From contig JBHGAY010000002.1 of assembly GCA_041946735.1 (NCBI GenBank), forward strand, positions 160,001 to 224,000: DNA of 64,000 bases. Reading direction: 5' to 3'. Source of the stretch: Candidatus Eiseniibacteriota bacterium (GTDB lineage Bacteria > Eisenbacteria > RBG-16-71-46 > CAIMUX01 > VGJL01). Made by a program: the position numbers and the translations under genes. The notes below the pieces were generated by a model that made no database searches, was not told the DNA's origin, and saw only the letters and a list, made by a program, of their open reading frames with translations. Every line of letters begins with the position of its first letter. The stretch's first letter is position 1. This document shows positions 59,828-64,000 of this stretch, one piece after another.

Positions 59828-60531
59828 CCTCTCCCCGGCCCGCGGCCGGCTTGCGCCTTCTGTTTCCGTTCGGCCGTCTTCCGCACCGTCCTCTTCGTCC
59901 CCTTGGTCCCCTTCGCCCTCTCGGTCCCTTTCGCCCTCTCGGTCCCCTTCGCCCTCTCGGTCCCTTTCGCCCTCTCGGTCCCCTTCCGTCCCTCTCCCGG
60001 CGCCGGGGCCGGCGTCAGCGTCGCCGCGGCGGCAGCCGGCCGCTGTGGCAACAGTCGCGTCTGCATCTCCCCCTCGGCGTCCCAGGTCATCTCGAGGCGG
60101 GTGCGCGCGATCCCTTCGTTCGCGAGAAGGTCGGCGAGCGTGACCCGGGCCAGGGCGTTGCGCATGAGATCCTCGAGCGCGACCCAGAGCGACCGGACCG
60201 AGCAATCCTGGGTTCGAACGCAGACCGTCCCCAGGCCCGAGAAGCTCGTGCAATCGCCATGGTCGAACATCGGACCGTCGAGCGCGGCGAGCGCCTGGAA
60301 GAGAGTGATGTCCTGTGCGGGACGAGCCAGGGTATAGCCACCCGAGCGCCCGCGCTCGCTCGTCACCATCCCCGCGAGGCGGAGCCTGCGCAGGAGCTTC
60401 GCGGTATTCGGCAAGGGCATCCCCTCCGCAGCCGCGATTTCGGCAAGGGTCAGCCCCTTGTCGCCGTTTGCGACGCGCGCGAGCTGCAGAAGGCAGCGCA
60501 GTCCGTACTCCTCGCTGTGGGTGACCCTCAT
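59824..60531 (-). CDS. Rrf2-family (IscR-like) transcription regulator with basic repeat tail
   Basis: EYGLR, RGRSGGY.LARP, three Cys (C-x9-C-x5-C), KGTERA repeats. Confidence 0.9.
   Translation of the reverse strand: MRVTHSEEYGLRCLLQLARVANGDKGLTLAEIAAAEGMPLPNTAKLLRRLRLAGMVTSERGRSGGYTLARPAQDITLFQALAALDGPMFDHGDCTSFSGLGTVCVRTQDCSVRSLWVALEDLMRNALARVTLADLLANEGIARTRLEMTWDAEGEMQTRLLPQRPAAAAATLTPAPAPGEGRKGTERAKGTERAKGTERAKGTERAKGTKGTKRTVRKTAERKQKAQAGRGPGRG
59905..59986 (-). repeat. 18-bp tandem repeat x4.5 encoding KGTERA
   Basis: GGTCCCYTTCGCCCTCTC with alternating C/T variants. Confidence 0.95.
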
Positions 60532-60664
60532 GGCTCCCCTGGCCCTGGTTCCAAGCCTTTTGCGAATCGGATGGTCGGCGTCTCGGCCGTTGGGCCGTCC
60601 CCGTTCGCCGGCCCCCGAGTTCGTTCCCGAGCGCCCTGGCGTCGGGGCGAAGCGCCCCTCGAGC

Positions 60665-60699
60665 AACATGGCAAATGTGGACTCAGAAGTCAAGTATTT
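60665..60699 (-). promoter_or_regulatory. sigma70-like promoter with overlapping IscR/Rrf2-type palindromic operator
   Basis: Minus strand TTGACT-N17-CATGTT; AAATACTTGACT-TCTG-AGTCCACATTT inverted repeat; an AT-rich island in GC-rich DNA. Confidence 0.65.
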
Positions 60700-60877
60700 G
60701 AGGGAGGACGAAAGTCGGGCAGGAAGCGGAGTGGACGCGGGGCGGGGGTGGAGACGTGGGTGCAGACGGGGCGGAGACGGGGGAGCGGGGCGGAACCGAT
60801 CCCGGGTCTTGCCCCGCTCCCCCGCTACTGCCGCTGTTTCCTCGGTGAGCGCTTCTGGTGAGAGCTTCCCCCTTCCG

Positions 60878-61645
60878 CTACCGCCCGCGCATCTGGATGA
60901 CGGCCAGGACGGCGCCGGCGGGATCGGCGAAAACGCAGAAGCGCCCCACATCGGGAATGTCGGTCGGCTCGACGTACACCTTGCCGCCCAGTTCCCGGAC
61001 CTTCCGCGCGATCGAGTCGGCATCGCCCACCATGACGTAGGGCAGCCAGTGGGGTGGCACGTCCGCCTGCTGCGGCGACATCGCCATCATCCCGCCCACC
61101 GATCGTCCGCTCACCTGGAACTCCGTGTACCGGTGCTCCGGATCCTCCTTCAACCCCCAGCCGAGGAGCTTCGTGTAGAACTGTCCCGCCTGCGCCGTGT
61201 CCCGTGTGGCCAGCTCGCTCCAGCCGAACGGCCCGTTCTTCGACGTGCCGGGATGCTTGTCGAAGTGCGCGAGCGAGATCACGGCGCCGGTCGGATCGCG
61301 CAGGACGGAGATACGCCCGACCTCGGGAACTTCCATCGGCTCGGCGAGGATCTTCGCTCCCAACTCCGCCGCCCGCCGCGTCGTCTCGTCGATGTTCTCG
61401 ACGGAGACATAGGTCATCCAGTGCGAAGGGACCCCTTCGTACTGCGGGCCGGAGAGCTGATAGAGCCCCGCGACGCTCTCGCCGGCCGATTTCAGGATGG
61501 TGTAGCTTCCGCCTCCCTCGGGCATCGGCATGTCGTCCGCCTGCCAGCCGAAGAGGTGCTCGTAGAACGGCTTTGACTTCGAGGCATCGGTCGATCCGCA
61601 CTCGAACCAGCAGAACGTTCCGGGGGGATGATTGAGAGCCGCCAT
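60878..61645 (-). CDS. Two-domain VOC/glyoxalase family protein
   Basis: GTFCWFE...FY..LFGW and GPFGWSEL...FY..LGW duplicated domains; DPTGA/DPAGA. Confidence 0.92.
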   Translation of the reverse strand: MAALNHPPGTFCWFECGSTDASKSKPFYEHLFGWQADDMPMPEGGGSYTILKSAGESVAGLYQLSGPQYEGVPSHWMTYVSVENIDETTRRAAELGAKILAEPMEVPEVGRISVLRDPTGAVISLAHFDKHPGTSKNGPFGWSELATRDTAQAGQFYTKLLGWGLKEDPEHRYTEFQVSGRSVGGMMAMSPQQADVPPHWLPYVMVGDADSIARKVRELGGKVYVEPTDIPDVGRFCVFADPAGAVLAVIQMRGR

Positions 61646-61797
61646 GGCAACCTCCGATCGAACTACGCATCGATCTTTCCTGAATTCATCTTTCCGGCCG
61701 CGCCAGTCAATCGAGGCGCCGGCGTTGCCGGGCAAACGGGGGAGTGTACTGCCGGGGCGGGGATTGTCTACAGGAGGAGTTGCGGGCGAGGAGGTGC

Positions 61798-62817
61798 TCA
61801 GCGCCCTTCCGCGCGCTGGGCGAGTGCCGTCCGGAGGAACGGGAGCCCCAAGATCCCGGGAAGCCAGTAGCCGCCGAGGGAATAGAGGATGCCGACGCCG
61901 AGCGAGACGGCGGAGGCGGAAACGGGGGCCATGAGGCGGATGAGCGCCGCATCCCGCGTCCCCATTCCCGCGAGCGTCACGGGAAGCAGGCCGACGAAGA
62001 TGGCGGCGGGCAGGGCGGCCAGCACCGGACCGAACGGCGTGGGGCCGCGGAGGCTCACGTAGAAGAGCCAGGTCTGCACGACGCTCGCGAGCCAGTTCGC
62101 GAGCGTCAACAGCAGCACCGGCGCGAGCAGGGCGGGCCGCCCGAGCAGGAGGCGGAGCGCTTGCAGGAGCCGGTCCACCTTCGGCCGCAGCTTGCGTGGG
62201 ACCGGCAGGCGGATCGTCAGAAGCGCGACGGTCCCGGCCAGACCGAGGACGAAGAGGCCCCCGGAGGCGAGCGCCAGCGTGTTCCATCCGCGCATCCAGG
62301 AGCCCGCGAGGCAGAAGGCGAGGAGAGTCAGGACGTCGAGGAGCCTCTCGGCCAGCACCGAACCGAGAACCGTGCTGACCGGCGCGCGGCCTCGCAGGAA
62401 GTACGCCTTCGCGAGATCGCTCCCTTTGGAGGGAGTGAAGACGGCGAGCGTGTTGCAGGCCATGATCAGCGAGAACGCCTGGCGGCCGGGGATCGGATGG
62501 CCGAGGGCGTCCATCATCCTCTGCCAGCGCCAGGCGGAGAAGACGGGGAAGGTGGCGGTCAGCAGCAGTCCGGCGATCAACGGAGCGAGGCGCGCCGAGC
62601 CGAGCAGCTCGAAGACGCGCGAGAACGAGACGTTGCGGAAGAGCAGGTAGAAGACGAGCAGAGTGACCAGGACGAGGACGGCCATCCGCACGACGTCGCG
62701 AAGGCTCGAGCGAATTCCGGGCGGCGGCGGAGTCTCGGGGACGCTGGATGGCGCGGCCGCCGGCGGCCGCGTCGCAGGCGCCGCACCGTCTCGCGTCGCG
62801 CCCGGCGATCCGCTCAC
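61798..62817 (-). CDS. Lysylphosphatidylglycerol synthase TM-domain / flippase-like protein (UPF0104)
   Basis: AWRW, TPSKGSDLAKAY, ERLLD, LPVTLAGMGTRD; GTG start overlaps the upstream stop. Confidence 0.8.
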   Translation of the reverse strand: MSGSPGATRDGAAPATRPPAAAPSSVPETPPPPGIRSSLRDVVRMAVLVLVTLLVFYLLFRNVSFSRVFELLGSARLAPLIAGLLLTATFPVFSAWRWQRMMDALGHPIPGRQAFSLIMACNTLAVFTPSKGSDLAKAYFLRGRAPVSTVLGSVLAERLLDVLTLLAFCLAGSWMRGWNTLALASGGLFVLGLAGTVALLTIRLPVPRKLRPKVDRLLQALRLLLGRPALLAPVLLLTLANWLASVVQTWLFYVSLRGPTPFGPVLAALPAAIFVGLLPVTLAGMGTRDAALIRLMAPVSASAVSLGVGILYSLGGYWLPGILGLPFLRTALAQRAEGR

Positions 62818-64000
62818 GCGTCTCCCCCGCTCTCGAGCGATTGCCGTCCCGTCGTCAGATCGAACGTCCTGCGGACCTCGATCGATCCCGTCCGATTCAG
62901 GCGCTCGACGTCGCTCGCCGCGAGGTAGCTGCCCCGGGCGCGCAGCTCGTAGCGCTGGAAATAGCGGGACTGCGGCACGTAGCGAACCGACCAGTCGTCT
63001 CCGATCTTTACTTCGCGGAAGGCGGGCCCGCCGCGGCGCTCGATCCGGTCGGTCACGGTCATCCGCTCCCCCTCGAAGCGGATCGTCCGCCGGAAATGGA
63101 CCGGAGCGCTCCCGCTCTTCGTCATCAGGAGCTTTCGGATCCATCCCTTGATCCGGTAGGCGGTCCCGGTGTGGGCGCCGGCGACGAGCATGAACATGCG
63201 GAAGCCGATCATCGTGAGCGGCGTGAACAGCTTCGAGACGACGTAGTGCATCTCCCCTTCGACTTCGAGCTGGTCGCTCTCCGCGATGGCCTGATGCTTC
63301 GGATCGATCCACTGCGAGGTGAGGACCTTCCCGTTCGCCATTCGCGCGAGGATGCCGCAATCGCTCAGGATCGACGTCTCGGTCGCGGGCTGATAGACGC
63401 GGATCGTCCCGCCCTTCGCGAGGTTCGTGGTGACGTAGGCGCTCGCCGTGCGTCGCGCCTCCATGCGGGAACCGGGCCAGTACTTCCGGAACGGCGCACC
63501 GCGCGCCGGGAGAACCGGCAAGCTGCCTGCTCGCGGCTTCCAGTCGATCCACGACAGAAGCAGCTCCGGAATCCTGTAGAGGAAGTAGCGATCCTCCTGG
63601 ATTTCGGGAGGAACGAGCCGCGCCGACCACAGCGCCTCGAGCATCGTCTCGGCCACAGCCGCGGCAACCGGATTCTCCGGCGCGAACAGCTCGAATCCGT
63701 GGGGATAGAAGTGGAGGGTCTGGCGGCTCCCCATCGATCCGCCGAGGCTCTCCCCCGGATAGACGAAGTAGGAGAGGTACTCGATCGCCTTGGCGCAGAC
63801 CTCTTCGATCCGCTCATCGGTGTAGCGCTTGCGCAGCTTTCCGAGGAACGACACGGTCGCCGAGAGATAGCCGAGATCGGCGCCGTCGTACTCCAGGCAC
63901 CAGCCTTCGGGATTGCAGTAGCGCAGGAAGTCGTCGAGCCGGACGTGGAAGCCTTCGAGCAGCTTCGGGTCGCGAAGCAGATCGTAGGCTTCGTAGATCG
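62814..64000 (-). CDS. Hypothetical protein, 5'-truncated by the window edge (possible polysaccharide-cluster alpha-toroid/heparinase-like)
   Basis: Frame stays open to the window end (…EGWCLEYDGADLGYLSAT…); GSRQT.HFYPHGFE; coupled to the flippase-like gene. Confidence 0.7.
   Translation of the reverse strand, partial: IYEAYDLLRDPKLLEGFHVRLDDFLRYCNPEGWCLEYDGADLGYLSATVSFLGKLRKRYTDERIEEVCAKAIEYLSYFVYPGESLGGSMGSRQTLHFYPHGFELFAPENPVAAAVAETMLEALWSARLVPPEIQEDRYFLYRIPELLLSWIDWKPRAGSLPVLPARGAPFRKYWPGSRMEARRTASAYVTTNLAKGGTIRVYQPATETSILSDCGILARMANGKVLTSQWIDPKHQAIAESDQLEVEGEMHYVVSKLFTPLTMIGFRMFMLVAGAHTGTAYRIKGWIRKLLMTKSGSAPVHFRRTIRFEGERMTVTDRIERRGGPAFREVKIGDDWSVRYVPQSRYFQRYELRARGSYLAASDVERLNRTGSIEVRRTFDLTTGRQSLESGGDA

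Overview
A very GC-rich bacterial chromosomal window with about 52 supportable genes, mostly housekeeping, envelope, signalling and stress functions. Secreted proteins with C-terminal FlgD-Ig tails and the overall gene style suggest an FCB-related candidate phylum such as Ca. Eisenbacteria, but this is inference only. Clearly recognisable genes: moaD-moaE, thioredoxin, an ALDH7-type aldehyde dehydrogenase, dsbD, uvrA, an S9 peptidase, a HIT protein, mlaEFD, acnA, a Ca2+/H+ exchanger, aroC, a Zn-dependent glucose dehydrogenase and a hemerythrin. There is a complete Rrf2-sufCBD-Rieske-sufS-sufU-sufT operon, followed directly by a fluoride riboswitch-DUF190-crcB module. I found no rRNA, tRNA, CRISPR array, integrase or transposase. 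The most unusual items are: (1) a sigma54-type unit encoding a pseudo-receiver and a PocR/(Asn-Gly)n/GAF/HD-GYP phosphodiesterase, with a G-tract array between the two genes; (2) a histone-H1/Hc2-like basic repeat protein fused to a compact globular domain; (3) a 95-bp duplication of the crcB 3' end flanking a degenerate 42-bp-period array; (4) a C2HC zinc-finger microprotein; (5) a PA2779-like precursor with no partner peptidase nearby; (6) a shared T9SS-CTD-like tail on two unrelated secreted proteins; (7) scattered general-stress genes around a kinase/REC-PP2C pair. All product calls come from motif recognition by eye, with no database searches. Several start codons were re-chosen from RBS position or stop/start overlap.
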